Shown here: positions 10,750 to 20,520 of the stretch, in pieces
Layout of the letters: the number at the start of each line of letters is the position of its first letter
How positions within the stretch are numbered: the stretch's first letter is position 1
Notes under the pieces: generated by a model
What the model was told of the DNA's origin: nothing
The model's database searches: none
Seen by the model: only the letters and a program-made list of their open reading frames with translations
Sequence record: SRR22947725_567
Length of the DNA stretch: 38,849 bases
Direction: 5' to 3' (one strand)
Program-made: the position numbers and the translations under genes

Positions 10750-11649
10750 TCAAATCCAATCTTTTGGTTTCAAAAAATAATTAGTTAGTTTGTCTTCTGC
10801 GCTTTTTGATTCAATTTTGTATTGGTATACCCACTTTACTGTTGGAGGTAATGACATCAAAATAGACTCAGTTCTTCCTCCACTTTGAAGCCCAAATAGC
10901 GTTCCTCTATCTTGAATTAGATTAAATTCAACATAGCGCCCTCGCCTAAAAAGCTGAAACTCTTTCTCTTTGGGCGTGTAAGAAAAATTCATTCTTTTTT
11001 CAACAATTGGTAGGTAGGCCTTGATGAAATGATTCCCAACACTTTGAAGAAATTCAAAGCATTTTTCAAAACCGCCTTCATTTAAATCGTCAAAGAATAG
11101 ACCACCGATGCCTCGCTGCTCATCTCTATGGCTTAAGTAAAAGTAATCATCACACCACTTTTTATAATTACGGTATGTATTATCACCAAATGGCAGACAG
11201 GCATTTTTTGCAGTTTGATGCCAGTGAATTGCGTCTTCATCAAATCCATAATAAGGAGTTAGATCAAAACCTCCTCCAAACCACCAAATTGGATCCTTAC
11301 CCGCCTCCTCAGCAATGAAAAACCTTAGGTTAGCATGCGTTGTTGGAATGTAAGGATTATCTGGGTGAAGAACCAAAGAAAGACCTAGTGCAGTGTAATT
11401 TCTGCCTTCTAAATCTGGCCTAAAAGCTGTTGCTGATTTCGGCATTTTATCGCCGGATATAATAGAGTAATTCACCCCACCTTTCTCAAATAAGCTCCCA
11501 TCTGAAATAACCCGTGTTATCCCACTCCCTCTTCCATCGTCCCTTTTCCATATATCGGTATCAAAATTAGAGATTGAATCTAATTTTCCAAACTCCTCAC
11601 ATATGTCAACCTGAAGATTAAGTAAGTATTTTTTAATTTGTTCAATCAT
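10750..11649 (-). CDS. hemF: Oxygen-dependent coproporphyrinogen III oxidase
   Basis: [50 protein letters not shown]. Confidence 0.97.
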   Translation of the reverse strand: MIEQIKKYLLNLQVDICEEFGKLDSISNFDTDIWKRDDGRGSGITRVISDGSLFEKGGVNYSIISGDKMPKSATAFRPDLEGRNYTALGLSLVLHPDNPYIPTTHANLRFFIAEEAGKDPIWWFGGGFDLTPYYGFDEDAIHWHQTAKNACLPFGDNTYRNYKKWCDDYFYLSHRDEQRGIGGLFFDDLNEGGFEKCFEFLQSVGNHFIKAYLPIVEKRMNFSYTPKEKEFQLFRRGRYVEFNLIQDRGTLFGLQSGGRTESILMSLPPTVKWVYQYKIESKSAEDKLTNYFLKPKDWI

Positions 11650-11687
11650 TTACATTAAATTTTAATGAATAAAAAATTCAGATAAAC

Positions 11688-12239
11688 TCATCTTAATCGC
11701 TCACCAGTAATCAAATTAATAATTTTTGAAGGCTCTGAATTATACATATTAGGAGGAAGCTCGAATGCAAGGTCATTACCAAAGTACCTTTTTAACTCTA
11801 GCGTGCTTGAAGCAACCTTTCTACCCTGAAGATTGGCGCTTGTTGAAATTAACGCTGAGCCAGTATTTTCACAAAAGTAAGTAATAAGTGGGTCAGAGGT
11901 TATGCGAACAGCTAAGAGTTCATTATCCCCATTGAGTAGAGGTAATAATTCCTCTGACTTTGGAACCAAGTATGTAGTCGGAGTCTCTGTTGGTTTAGCT
12001 AGTTTTTTTAGAAGCTTGCTATTCATATTTGAATCAATATAAGGCATCAAAAAACTAATGTTTGAGGCTAAAAGAATGAATCCTTTTTTAATATCTCTTT
12101 TTTTTAGATTTACGATAGTTTGAATAGCGCCAGGATTATTTGCGAGACACCCTAGACCATAAATCGTATCTGTAGGATGAGCAATAACTCCAATCTTTAA
12201 ATGATGCAAGGCAAGCTTTATTTTAGAGTTAATTATCAT
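11688..12239 (-). CDS. tsaC: Threonylcarbamoyl-AMP synthase (YrdC/TsaC)
   Basis: PTDTIYGLGC, K-x-R, AVR, STSAN; single domain, no Sua5 extension. Confidence 0.92.
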   Translation of the reverse strand: MIINSKIKLALHHLKIGVIAHPTDTIYGLGCLANNPGAIQTIVNLKKRDIKKGFILLASNISFLMPYIDSNMNSKLLKKLAKPTETPTTYLVPKSEELLPLLNGDNELLAVRITSDPLITYFCENTGSALISTSANLQGRKVASSTLELKRYFGNDLAFELPPNMYNSEPSKIINLITGERLR

Positions 12240-13150
12240 TTTTTTGCTCTTGGATGAAATTCATCATAAACTTTAGACAATTCTAAAAAATCAAGGTGCG
12301 TATAGACTTGGGTGCTTTTAATACTTTTGTGTCCCAAAAACTCTTGAACAGACCTTAAGTCATGGCTTGACTGCAAAAAATGTGTAGCTGCTGCATGTCG
12401 AAGCATATGTGGATGAACATTGATTGATACTCCCACCTCTAAAGCTCTTTTCTTAACAACATTCTGAACTGTTCTTGGAGAAATCCTTATGTTTTTTTGA
12501 TTTAAAAATAATGCATCTGAATTGCAACTAGGTCTCTTTTCTAGATATCTTTTAAGGACACCAATAGTTGTCTCTCCTACTGGAGAAAATCTTGCTTTTG
12601 CGCCCTTACCCATGACTTTAACAAAGCCCTCATTCAGATCGAAGTCTGCAAGATTAATGCCTACTAGTTCAGATACGCGTAAACCGCAAGAATATAAAAG
12701 CTCTATCATTAAGACTGAGCGCAACTCTTTGTAGCTAGAAGTATTTAACGTCATCATGTTTGTTAAATCATCGAAGTTAATGGTTTTCGGTAATGAGCGT
12801 TCAAGCCTTGGAGTTTGAATAGACTGAGCAGGATTTTTTTGGAGAATATTATTGGCAATCAAGTAATTAAAAAAAACTCTTATTGATGATAAGTATCTTT
12901 TTAATGACTTGCCAGAAGCATTACCATGCCTAAGCTCCATGACAAAAATATTTAAGACGTCTGAATCAATTTCACTCCATTCTGATATGCTTCGGCCATT
13001 CAAGAAAGAACGAAACTTCAACAAATCCCTCTTGTAGGAAGAAATGGTATTTAAAGCATAATTTTTTTCTACCTCTAGGTACTCGGCAAATGCTTCAATT
13101 TGATCAATTAATATTTCTTGATCTGACTTGTTTTTTTCGTGATTGACCAT
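12236..13150 (-). CDS. xerC: Tyrosine recombinase XerC
   Basis: Catalytic R (GLRVSEL), K (GKG), HMLRH, LGH, Y (TQVYTHLDF...VYDEFHPRA, XerC-type tail). Start placed at ATG 13150 to avoid overlap with htpG. Confidence 0.9.
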   Translation of the reverse strand: MVNHEKNKSDQEILIDQIEAFAEYLEVEKNYALNTISSYKRDLLKFRSFLNGRSISEWSEIDSDVLNIFVMELRHGNASGKSLKRYLSSIRVFFNYLIANNILQKNPAQSIQTPRLERSLPKTINFDDLTNMMTLNTSSYKELRSVLMIELLYSCGLRVSELVGINLADFDLNEGFVKVMGKGAKARFSPVGETTIGVLKRYLEKRPSCNSDALFLNQKNIRISPRTVQNVVKKRALEVGVSINVHPHMLRHAAATHFLQSSHDLRSVQEFLGHKSIKSTQVYTHLDFLELSKVYDEFHPRAKK

Positions 13151-13188
13151 ATCTTTATATTTTAAGTTAAAACGATAGGGGATTTTGA

Positions 13189-15045
13189 ATGAGTCAAAAA
13201 CAAACACATGAATTTCAAACGGAAGTATCACAACTCTTACATTTGATGATTCACTCTCTTTATTCTAATAAAGAGATCTTTCTCAGAGAATTAGTATCTA
13301 ACGCATCGGATGCGATTGATAAACTCAAGTTTGAGTCTCTATCTAATGAATCACTTCTAGAGGGAAAAGAAGAGCCCAGCATTCATATTGACATCGATAA
13401 AGACGCAGGAACAATTAGCATTAGAGATAACGGTATCGGAATGACACAAGATGAAGTCATGGAAAATATTGGTACTATCGCTAATTCTGGAACTAGAAAA
13501 TATCTTGAAAGTCTTGATAAAAATCAAACACAAGATTCTAATCTGATCGGACAATTCGGTGTTGGATTCTATTCCGCTTTTATTGTTTCAAATACTGTAA
13601 CACTTCTCAGCAGAAAAGCTGGTGATGATAAAGCGAACGGAACTAAGTGGGTTTCCAAAGGTAAAGGTGAATACTCAATTGAAACCGTTGATATTGAAAA
13701 TTATGGCACTACCATCATTCTTGATGTTAAGAAAGCTGAAAAAGAATTCGTTGATGATTATCGTCTACGTGGCATTGTTTCTAAATACTCAGATCACATT
13801 ACCGTTCCAATAATGATGGTTAAGGCTTCAGAAGAAGATGAGAGTGAAATTGTCTATGAAACAATAAATAAAGCGACAGCTTTCTGGATGAAAGATAAAA
13901 AAGAATTATCTCAAAATGATTACGATGAATTCTATAAATCTTTAACCTATGACTTTGAGGGTCCATTGACGCAAATTCATAACAGAGTGGAGGGAAAACT
14001 AGACTACTCATCACTACTCTTTATACCCAAAAAAGCGCCCTTTGATATGTGGGAACCTAAAAGAAAAGGTGGTGTTAAGCTTTATGCTAAGAGAGTTTTT
14101 ATCATGGAGGGTAATGAAGAGTTACTTCCTCAGTACCTTAGGTTTATCAAAGGTGTAATTGACACTGCTGATCTTTCATTAAATGTTTCAAGAGAGATAC
14201 TTCAAGGTAGTAAGGTTGTTGATACAATCAAGAAAGCCTCTGTTAAGCGTATTCTCTCTGAACTCGACAAAATGTCTAAAAACAAACCAGAAGATTATGC
14301 AACATTCTGGAAAGAATTTGGAATGGTTATTAAGGAAGGTGTGGTTGAGGACTTTGCGAATAAAGATAAAATTTCTAACCTTTTAAGATTTGCATCAACA
14401 TCAACTGACTCCTCTGATCAAACAGTCTCCCTTAAAGACTATATTGGTCGAATGAATAAAGATCAAAAAAATATATACTATGTCACGGCTGATAATTATG
14501 ATGCAGCTAAAGGCTCACCTCACCTTGAAATTTTTAAGCAAAAGGATATTGAAGTTTTATTGCTCTCAGACAGAGTTGATGAGTGGTTGGTGGCAAATTT
14601 TGGTGAATTTGAGGAACTCTCTCTGAAGTCAATTGCAAAGGGAGACCTTGAAGACCTTGATTCAACAGAAGATAAGAAGAAAAAAGAGAAAACTGTTAAA
14701 GACTATGAAAAGGTTATCTCTAAAGCACAAGAAATTCTTGATAATCAAGTTAAAGAAGTTAAAGTTTCAAGTCGTTTGAGTGAATCACCCTCTTGTCTGG
14801 TTGCCGATGAAAATGAACTAGGTGGCAATATGGAAAGAATAATGAAGTCCCTTGGTCAAGATGTTCCAGACACAAAACCTATTCTTGAAATTAATCCTAC
14901 CCACCCCCTGGTTATGAAGCTTAAAACAAAAGTAGACGAGGATGTTGTAAAAGTCCTATTTGACCAAGCTGTTCTCAGTGAAGGTGGTCAAATCAAAGAG
15001 CCTGCAGAGTTTGTCAAAAGGATGAATAAACTGATGCTTGGCTAA
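13189..15045 (+). CDS. htpG: Chaperone HtpG (Hsp90)
   Basis: YSNKEIFLRELVSNASDA, IGQFGVGFYSAF, LNVSREILQ, LEINPTHPLV. Confidence 0.99.
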   Translation: MSQKQTHEFQTEVSQLLHLMIHSLYSNKEIFLRELVSNASDAIDKLKFESLSNESLLEGKEEPSIHIDIDKDAGTISIRDNGIGMTQDEVMENIGTIANSGTRKYLESLDKNQTQDSNLIGQFGVGFYSAFIVSNTVTLLSRKAGDDKANGTKWVSKGKGEYSIETVDIENYGTTIILDVKKAEKEFVDDYRLRGIVSKYSDHITVPIMMVKASEEDESEIVYETINKATAFWMKDKKELSQNDYDEFYKSLTYDFEGPLTQIHNRVEGKLDYSSLLFIPKKAPFDMWEPKRKGGVKLYAKRVFIMEGNEELLPQYLRFIKGVIDTADLSLNVSREILQGSKVVDTIKKASVKRILSELDKMSKNKPEDYATFWKEFGMVIKEGVVEDFANKDKISNLLRFASTSTDSSDQTVSLKDYIGRMNKDQKNIYYVTADNYDAAKGSPHLEIFKQKDIEVLLLSDRVDEWLVANFGEFEELSLKSIAKGDLEDLDSTEDKKKKEKTVKDYEKVISKAQEILDNQVKEVKVSSRLSESPSCLVADENELGGNMERIMKSLGQDVPDTKPILEINPTHPLVMKLKTKVDEDVVKVLFDQAVLSEGGQIKEPAEFVKRMNKLMLG

Positions 15046-15063
15046 GCAAAGGTGGTATTAACG

Positions 15064-15088
15064 AAAAAGCCCGTTTTCGGGCTTTTTT
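15064..15088. terminator. Bidirectional Rho-independent terminator between convergent htpG and trmJ
   Basis: AAAAAGCCCG-TTTT-CGGGCTTTTTT. Confidence 0.92.
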
Positions 15089-15091
15089 CAT

Positions 15092-15817
15092 TTAAGGCTT
15101 ATAAGGGTTAATTTTATTAAGAATACCCCTTAAAATTGCAACTTCCTCTTTCTCAGGCATACTTCTTCCAAAAAGTCTTCTTAAGCGCCTCATTAACAAA
15201 CTCTGCGGTTTCTTTGCATCAAAGTAATCAATATGCTCAAGTACTTGCTCAAGATGCTTATAAAAGCTATTTAAGTCATCAAAGTTTGCTAATTCTCCAG
15301 AAGCATTTTCAAATCCACCCTCTAGAGTGCTTACATAATTCTGATAGGCAAATACTTGAATTGCAGATGCTACATTGAGTGAAAAATATTTAGGATTTCC
15401 AGGAATTGTCATTAACGTTGAACATAAATCTAGCTCCTCATTAGTAAGGCCAGAATTTTCAGTTCCAAAAACAACAGCAACTTTATGGTCTTCTTTGGAA
15501 ACGATCGATTGTATTTCACTGCATGTTTCAATAACATCCAGCTGCCTCCATTTAATATTTCTTTGACGAGCACTCGCACCAATCACGAGATTAATGCCCA
15601 CCAAAGCCTCCTCGAGTGAAGAACAAACTGTTGCGCTTGATAATACGTCATCCGCACCACTTGCCCTAGCAGTTGCAACTGCTGATGGAAAATTAGATGG
15701 TGCTACAAGATATAACTCAGAGAGCATCATATTTTTCATGGCTCTCGCAGCAGCGCCAATATTCCCTGGTTCAGTCGTATTCACCATGACAATCCTTACT
15801 TTATCAAAACTCGTCAA
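15092..15817 (-). CDS. trmJ: tRNA (C32/U32-2'-O) methyltransferase TrmJ (SPOUT)
   Basis: GNIGAAARAMKNM, VFGTENSGLTNEEL, SLNVASAIQ, LRGIL. Start placed at TTG 15817 behind a GAGGGG SD. Confidence 0.93.
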   Translation of the reverse strand: MTSFDKVRIVMVNTTEPGNIGAAARAMKNMMLSELYLVAPSNFPSAVATARASGADDVLSSATVCSSLEEALVGINLVIGASARQRNIKWRQLDVIETCSEIQSIVSKEDHKVAVVFGTENSGLTNEELDLCSTLMTIPGNPKYFSLNVASAIQVFAYQNYVSTLEGGFENASGELANFDDLNSFYKHLEQVLEHIDYFDAKKPQSLLMRRLRRLFGRSMPEKEEVAILRGILNKINPYKP

Positions 15818-15855
15818 GGTATAATTCCCCTCTTTATTTATTTGGCTCATTTACC

Positions 15856-16656
15856 ATGCATCCTACCGTCAATATTGCAGTTAGAGCTGCCAGAGCAGCT
15901 GGTGATGTTATTTTAAGGTATCACAATCAGGTCGACATACTTACCATCGAAAACAAGTCTATTAATGACTTTGTTTCAGAGGTTGATAAAACGGCTGAAA
16001 AAGCCATTATAAACGAGATTAAAAAGGCCTTTCCAAAACATTCTATTTTGGCTGAAGAGAGTGGTAAAACTCTTGGTGATGATGATTTTCTTTGGATTAT
16101 TGACCCTTTAGATGGAACCACCAATTACCTGCATGGTTTTCCTCAGTATGCTGTCTCAATAGCGCTTCTTGAAAAAGGAGTGACTACACACGCTGTCATC
16201 TATGACCCATTCAAGGAAGAGCTCTTTACAGCCTCTAAAGGAGAAGGCGCTTATCTCAATAATGAAAGAATTAGGGTGACCATATCAAAAGGACTAGAGG
16301 ATACTCTCATTGGAACTGGATTCCCATTCAAAAATCCTCAGCATTTAGATTGTTATCTTGACACATTTAAGGCAATTTTACCTCACGTGTCTGACATTCG
16401 AAGAGCGGGAGCTGCTGCTTTAGATTTAGCTTATGTAGCTGCAGGGAGACTTGATGGTCATTGGGAGATTGGACTTAACTCCTGGGACATGGCGGCTGGT
16501 GCTCTTCTTGTTAAAGAGGCTGGAGGATTTATAGGAGATTTTTCAGGAAGAGACAAATACATGGAAACTGGAAACGTTGTCGCTGGCAATGCAGACGCCT
16601 ATAAAGAAATTCTCAAGAAAATTCATCCACACCTTACCAGCGATCTTCAGAGGTAA
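15856..16656 (+). CDS. suhB: Inositol monophosphatase / Nus factor SuhB
   Basis: MHPTVNIAVRAAR, WIIDPLDGTTNY, RRAGAAALDL, WDMAAG; divergent from trmJ as in other gammaproteobacteria. Confidence 0.97.
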   Translation: MHPTVNIAVRAARAAGDVILRYHNQVDILTIENKSINDFVSEVDKTAEKAIINEIKKAFPKHSILAEESGKTLGDDDFLWIIDPLDGTTNYLHGFPQYAVSIALLEKGVTTHAVIYDPFKEELFTASKGEGAYLNNERIRVTISKGLEDTLIGTGFPFKNPQHLDCYLDTFKAILPHVSDIRRAGAAALDLAYVAAGRLDGHWEIGLNSWDMAAGALLVKEAGGFIGDFSGRDKYMETGNVVAGNADAYKEILKKIHPHLTSDLQR

Positions 16657-16657
16657 A

Positions 16658-17407
16658 TTAATCTGAGATTGTTAACTGCTCGCCATTTATTTTTGGACTT
16701 GAGCTAGACAATAAGTGGACTATTGCCTGACTTTTTTCTTCGGGCAAAGGAACTGTTGACGAGTCTTCAGCAGGATATGCCGTCCTCCTCATCTCAGTTC
16801 TTAATTTTCCAGGGTTGACCGTGTTTACACTAATTTGGGTTTTTTCAAGCTCCTCTGAGAGAGTTTTAGCAAAACCTTCAATCCCAAACTTACTAACGCT
16901 GTATGCTCCCCAATAAGCTCTTGCCTTCCTGCCGACTGTTGATGATAAAAAAATAATCCTTGCATCATCCGATTTTAATAGAGCAGGAATCAGGAACTGG
17001 GTCAGCATGAATGGAGCATTAAGATTAATCTGGATTGTTGAATACCATAATTTAATATCATACTGCTCGATCGGCATCTGAGTACCCAATATTGAAGCGT
17101 TATGGACCAGTCCATCTAACTTCCCAAACTCGTTAAGTAGGTTTTCTTGAAGCTCTTGATAATTTTCAGGTGTTGCGCCCTCTAAATCCAGAGGGTAAAG
17201 AATAGGCTCTTTCAGGCCAGCATCAACAACAGCGTCATAAGCATACTCAAGCGAACCTAAATCCCTTCCTAGCATAACTACAGTGGCGCCAGCTCTAGCA
17301 AGGTCCATGGTTATGGCAAGCCCAAAACCCCTATTTGCACCCGTTACTAGAACTACTTTGCCCTCAAATTCATCTTTTTTTATATTGTGCTCTTTGGCAA
17401 CTATCAT
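16658..17407 (-). CDS. yciK: YciK-family short-chain dehydrogenase/reductase
   Basis: TGANRGFG, HNASILG, RAYWGAYSVSKF, RTEMRRTAYPAED. Confidence 0.85.
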   Translation of the reverse strand: MIVAKEHNIKKDEFEGKVVLVTGANRGFGLAITMDLARAGATVVMLGRDLGSLEYAYDAVVDAGLKEPILYPLDLEGATPENYQELQENLLNEFGKLDGLVHNASILGTQMPIEQYDIKLWYSTIQINLNAPFMLTQFLIPALLKSDDARIIFLSSTVGRKARAYWGAYSVSKFGIEGFAKTLSEELEKTQISVNTVNPGKLRTEMRRTAYPAEDSSTVPLPEEKSQAIVHLLSSSSPKINGEQLTISD

Positions 17408-18543
17408 TCACTAATTTCCTTATTTGATTTAACCCCAAGCGCTTTAAGTCTTTCTGCCCGGCTAATCAAATTACCCTTGCCTGTTGATAACTTATTCCTA
17501 GCACTTGAAAAGCCTTCCTTGGTTTTTTCAAGTTGATTCTCAATCTTATCTAAATCGTCAGTAAAAAGGGCAAGTTTGTCATACATTCCAGCAGCCTGGC
17601 GCGCAATCTCGTCAGCATTTTTATTCTGTTTATCTGTTTGCCACATAAAGTTAACAGTTTTTAGACTCATACTCAGCATGGACGGTGAAACGAGCATGAT
17701 GTTCTTCTTGAGAGCATCATCAAACAAACTATGTTTATGTTGGAGCGCAAGAAGAAGAGCCCCCTCAATAGGAATAAAAACAAAAATAAAGTCTAGACTC
17801 CTCACACCTTCAAGGTTTTCGTACTCTTTGATACTAATGTTTTTTATTTGGTTTTCAATCGAGGCAATATGTTTCTTTAAAGCTAACTCATTTGATTGGT
17901 CAGCGACATAGTCGACGTAATCTTTTAGCGACACCTTAGAGTCAATAACAACATCCTTTCCCTCAGGCAAATGAAGAATAACATCAGGCTTAAATTTTTC
18001 ACCCATTTCATTTTTATATTGCTTTTGAAGATCAAACTCAACCCCTTCTTGGAATCCATAACTTGATAAAAGAGAGCTTAATATCTCTTCTCCCCAGTCA
18101 CCCTGAATCTTATTGTCATAAGTGAGCGCATCTGTTAAATTCTTTGCCGACTGCTGTGTTTCAAGGTTTGCAACATGAAGAGACTTAATTTGCTCTTTTA
18201 GGGTCGTTCTCTCCTCAACCTGCTCCTTTGTAATTGTCTCAATCCTATCTCTAAAACTTTTAAGCTGAGTTTGAAGCGGCGTCAATAAGTCGGAATTATC
18301 GACCTTAAGCTTGTCACGGTCTGTCTTCAAAATTTCTGAGGCGATAGTCTTAAACTCACTATTTACTTGACTCTTTAGATGATCGACTAGTTGAATTTTT
18401 TCAGCATAATTCTTTTCTTTCTCATCCAGCTTTGTCTCAAGCTGTATATTTTTTTGAGAGATTGAAAATAATTTCTTATTCAGGACATAGTAGCTAAATG
18501 CAGCTCCAACGAGTAAAGAAATTATGCCAATAATAATATTCAT
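17404..18543 (-). CDS. rmuC: DNA recombination protein RmuC
   Basis: N-terminal TM, coiled coil, QGDWGE, PDVILHLP..VIDSKVSL, LSTGKGNL. Confidence 0.93.
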   Translation of the reverse strand: MNIIIGIISLLVGAAFSYYVLNKKLFSISQKNIQLETKLDEKEKNYAEKIQLVDHLKSQVNSEFKTIASEILKTDRDKLKVDNSDLLTPLQTQLKSFRDRIETITKEQVEERTTLKEQIKSLHVANLETQQSAKNLTDALTYDNKIQGDWGEEILSSLLSSYGFQEGVEFDLQKQYKNEMGEKFKPDVILHLPEGKDVVIDSKVSLKDYVDYVADQSNELALKKHIASIENQIKNISIKEYENLEGVRSLDFIFVFIPIEGALLLALQHKHSLFDDALKKNIMLVSPSMLSMSLKTVNFMWQTDKQNKNADEIARQAAGMYDKLALFTDDLDKIENQLEKTKEGFSSARNKLSTGKGNLISRAERLKALGVKSNKEISE

Positions 18544-18666
18544 AAGGTTAGATTTGAATCCATTATTAATCGGTGTTTTATAGCAATCATAAAAATTGGC
18601 ATACCAGCGTGTTATAAACTTAGTAAAATTTTATATAGAATTATAACGCTTAGATATCTATAAGCC

Positions 18667-19371
18667 ATGATACTTTTCAGATCACTATTGTACTTTGTTG
18701 GCTCAATTATTAGTTTAATTTTGATCACTTTGATCGGTTTTTTACTCGTTTTTTCAAGCTATCCAGCTCGTCAAAAATTTCTCTCTCAATGGGCTATATT
18801 TTGTATATGGTGGTTAAAAGTAACTGTGAATATTAAAACCAAAGTCATTGGTGAGGAAAATATAATTAAATCTTCGTCCATCATAGTCTCTAACCACCAA
18901 TCTACCTGGGAAACGCTGGCATTTCAAACAATCTTTCCAGCCCATACTTGGGTCTTAAAACGTGAACTTTTATGGCTTCCTGTATTCGGATGGAGTCTTG
19001 CACTATTAAAGCCAATCATTATTAATCGTGGTGACAAACTAAACGCAATTAAAAAAGTCATAAATCAAGGGGCAGATCGACTCAATAAAGGCATCTCAGT
19101 GGTTATTTATCCTGAAGGAACCAGGCAACCTTACGGTGCATTAGGGGCTTACCAAAATGGTGGCAGCGCGATAGCAAAGAAAACAGGACATAGCATTACG
19201 CCCGTGTATCATAATGCTGGAAGGCTTTGGCCTAAGGGTAGTTTTTTAAAAAAACCTGGAGTAATTACCGTCGTTATTGGTGAGGCAATACCCAATTCTA
19301 ATTTAAAGACTTCAGAGGTTACAGATCAAATTAGGAAGTGGACTCTAGAACAAGAAAATAAATTTCGATAA
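18667..19371 (+). CDS. plsC: 1-acyl-sn-glycerol-3-phosphate acyltransferase
   Basis: NHQSTWET, KRELLWLPVFGW, YPEGTR. Confidence 0.9.
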   Translation: MILFRSLLYFVGSIISLILITLIGFLLVFSSYPARQKFLSQWAIFCIWWLKVTVNIKTKVIGEENIIKSSSIIVSNHQSTWETLAFQTIFPAHTWVLKRELLWLPVFGWSLALLKPIIINRGDKLNAIKKVINQGADRLNKGISVVIYPEGTRQPYGALGAYQNGGSAIAKKTGHSITPVYHNAGRLWPKGSFLKKPGVITVVIGEAIPNSNLKTSEVTDQIRKWTLEQENKFR

Positions 19372-19393
19372 TCGTATTAAATAATATAAAAAT

Positions 19394-19885
19394 ATGTCTG
19401 AAACAACCTATAAAATTTTCCATAATAGAACCGCTGAAAACATCAAGTTTGAAGTTACCAGATTAAGAGAATCCATTCTTAAAACGACCAATCAGTCAGA
19501 TCAAAGTGATAACCTTGAATTCATCGAAACTTTGCTAAACGAACAAATACTTGACTTTAAAGCGATAAATCCATCTAAAGATCAATTAGCTACTAGAGCC
19601 GATTGGCATGACTTTTTAATTAATAAAACCAAGTTAAGTTTTAATGAATGTCTCTTGATCCTTTTGGGCATTAATCCTATTCATGCTAAAAGGCTAGATT
19701 CTGATTTATTCAAAACTAAACTGAATGATGTAACCAATATGAAAAAAAGCTTATTAAATCTAATTTTTTTTCAAAGGGTAGAGAATCACCTTTTAAGGGA
19801 AAGATTCCAAAGTAACTCTATCAATAAAGAAGAGTTTATTAAGTGGGCTATGGATTACAAATATTTAAGAAAAATTGAAGACTAA
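19394..19885 (+). CDS. Hypothetical protein (163 aa)
   Basis: ATG-started ORF filling the whole plsC-rnt gap; no family recognised. Confidence 0.8.
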   Translation: MSETTYKIFHNRTAENIKFEVTRLRESILKTTNQSDQSDNLEFIETLLNEQILDFKAINPSKDQLATRADWHDFLINKTKLSFNECLLILLGINPIHAKRLDSDLFKTKLNDVTNMKKSLLNLIFFQRVENHLLRERFQSNSINKEEFIKWAMDYKYLRKIED

Positions 19886-20481
19886 TCCTTCAGTTCAAAC
19901 TTATGAGAATTAAATATTTGACAGAACAGCTCTGATGTTTTTTGCGTATCGTAGAGCGCTGAGTGTGCCTCATTATTATCCCACTCAATGTCCATTTTAG
20001 ATATCGCTTTAGCGAGAACTGTTTCGCCGCAACACAGCGCAGACAGACTTACCGTATCGATCGTTGAGAATTGATGAAATGGACTTTTTAAGTTTGCTCT
20101 GAGCGTAGCCGCCTTTACAAACCCAAGATCAAAAAAAGCGTTGTGTCCAACAAGGATGGCTCTCGAACACTCTTCAGTTTCTAGCTCCTCATTAATGTGA
20201 TCAAATATTTCTGACAATGCCTTCTTTTCAGGAACAGCAAGCCTGAAGGGATTATCAATATCAATGCCATTAAATTTAATTGCCGAGGCTTCAATATTTG
20301 CCCCTTTAAAAGGCTCAACATGATAATGAAGGGTTGTTTTTGCAAAAAAAGAACCCTCTTCATCCATGCCCAGAATAATTGCACAAATTTCCAAGAGAGC
20401 GTCCGTTTGCTCATTAAATCCTGACGTTTCAACGTCTATGACAACAGGAAGGTATCCACGGATTCTATCTTTAAGTTTCAT
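19882..20481 (-). CDS. rnt: Ribonuclease T (DEDDh)
   Basis: RIRGYLPVVIDVETSGF, LVGHNAFFD, SPFHQFS, AHSALYD. Confidence 0.96.
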   Translation of the reverse strand: MKLKDRIRGYLPVVIDVETSGFNEQTDALLEICAIILGMDEEGSFFAKTTLHYHVEPFKGANIEASAIKFNGIDIDNPFRLAVPEKKALSEIFDHINEELETEECSRAILVGHNAFFDLGFVKAATLRANLKSPFHQFSTIDTVSLSALCCGETVLAKAISKMDIEWDNNEAHSALYDTQKTSELFCQIFNSHKFELKD

Positions 20482-20520
20482 TAATTAGCAGGACTAAAAT
20501 ATATTTTAATTAAAATAAAT

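Noticed and set aside
12236..13231. Tyrosine recombinase as a prophage/island integrase
   Set aside because: XerC-type C-terminus, coupled to tsaC-hemF; no att repeats, tRNA or cargo genes. I also saw no dif-like site in the spacers.
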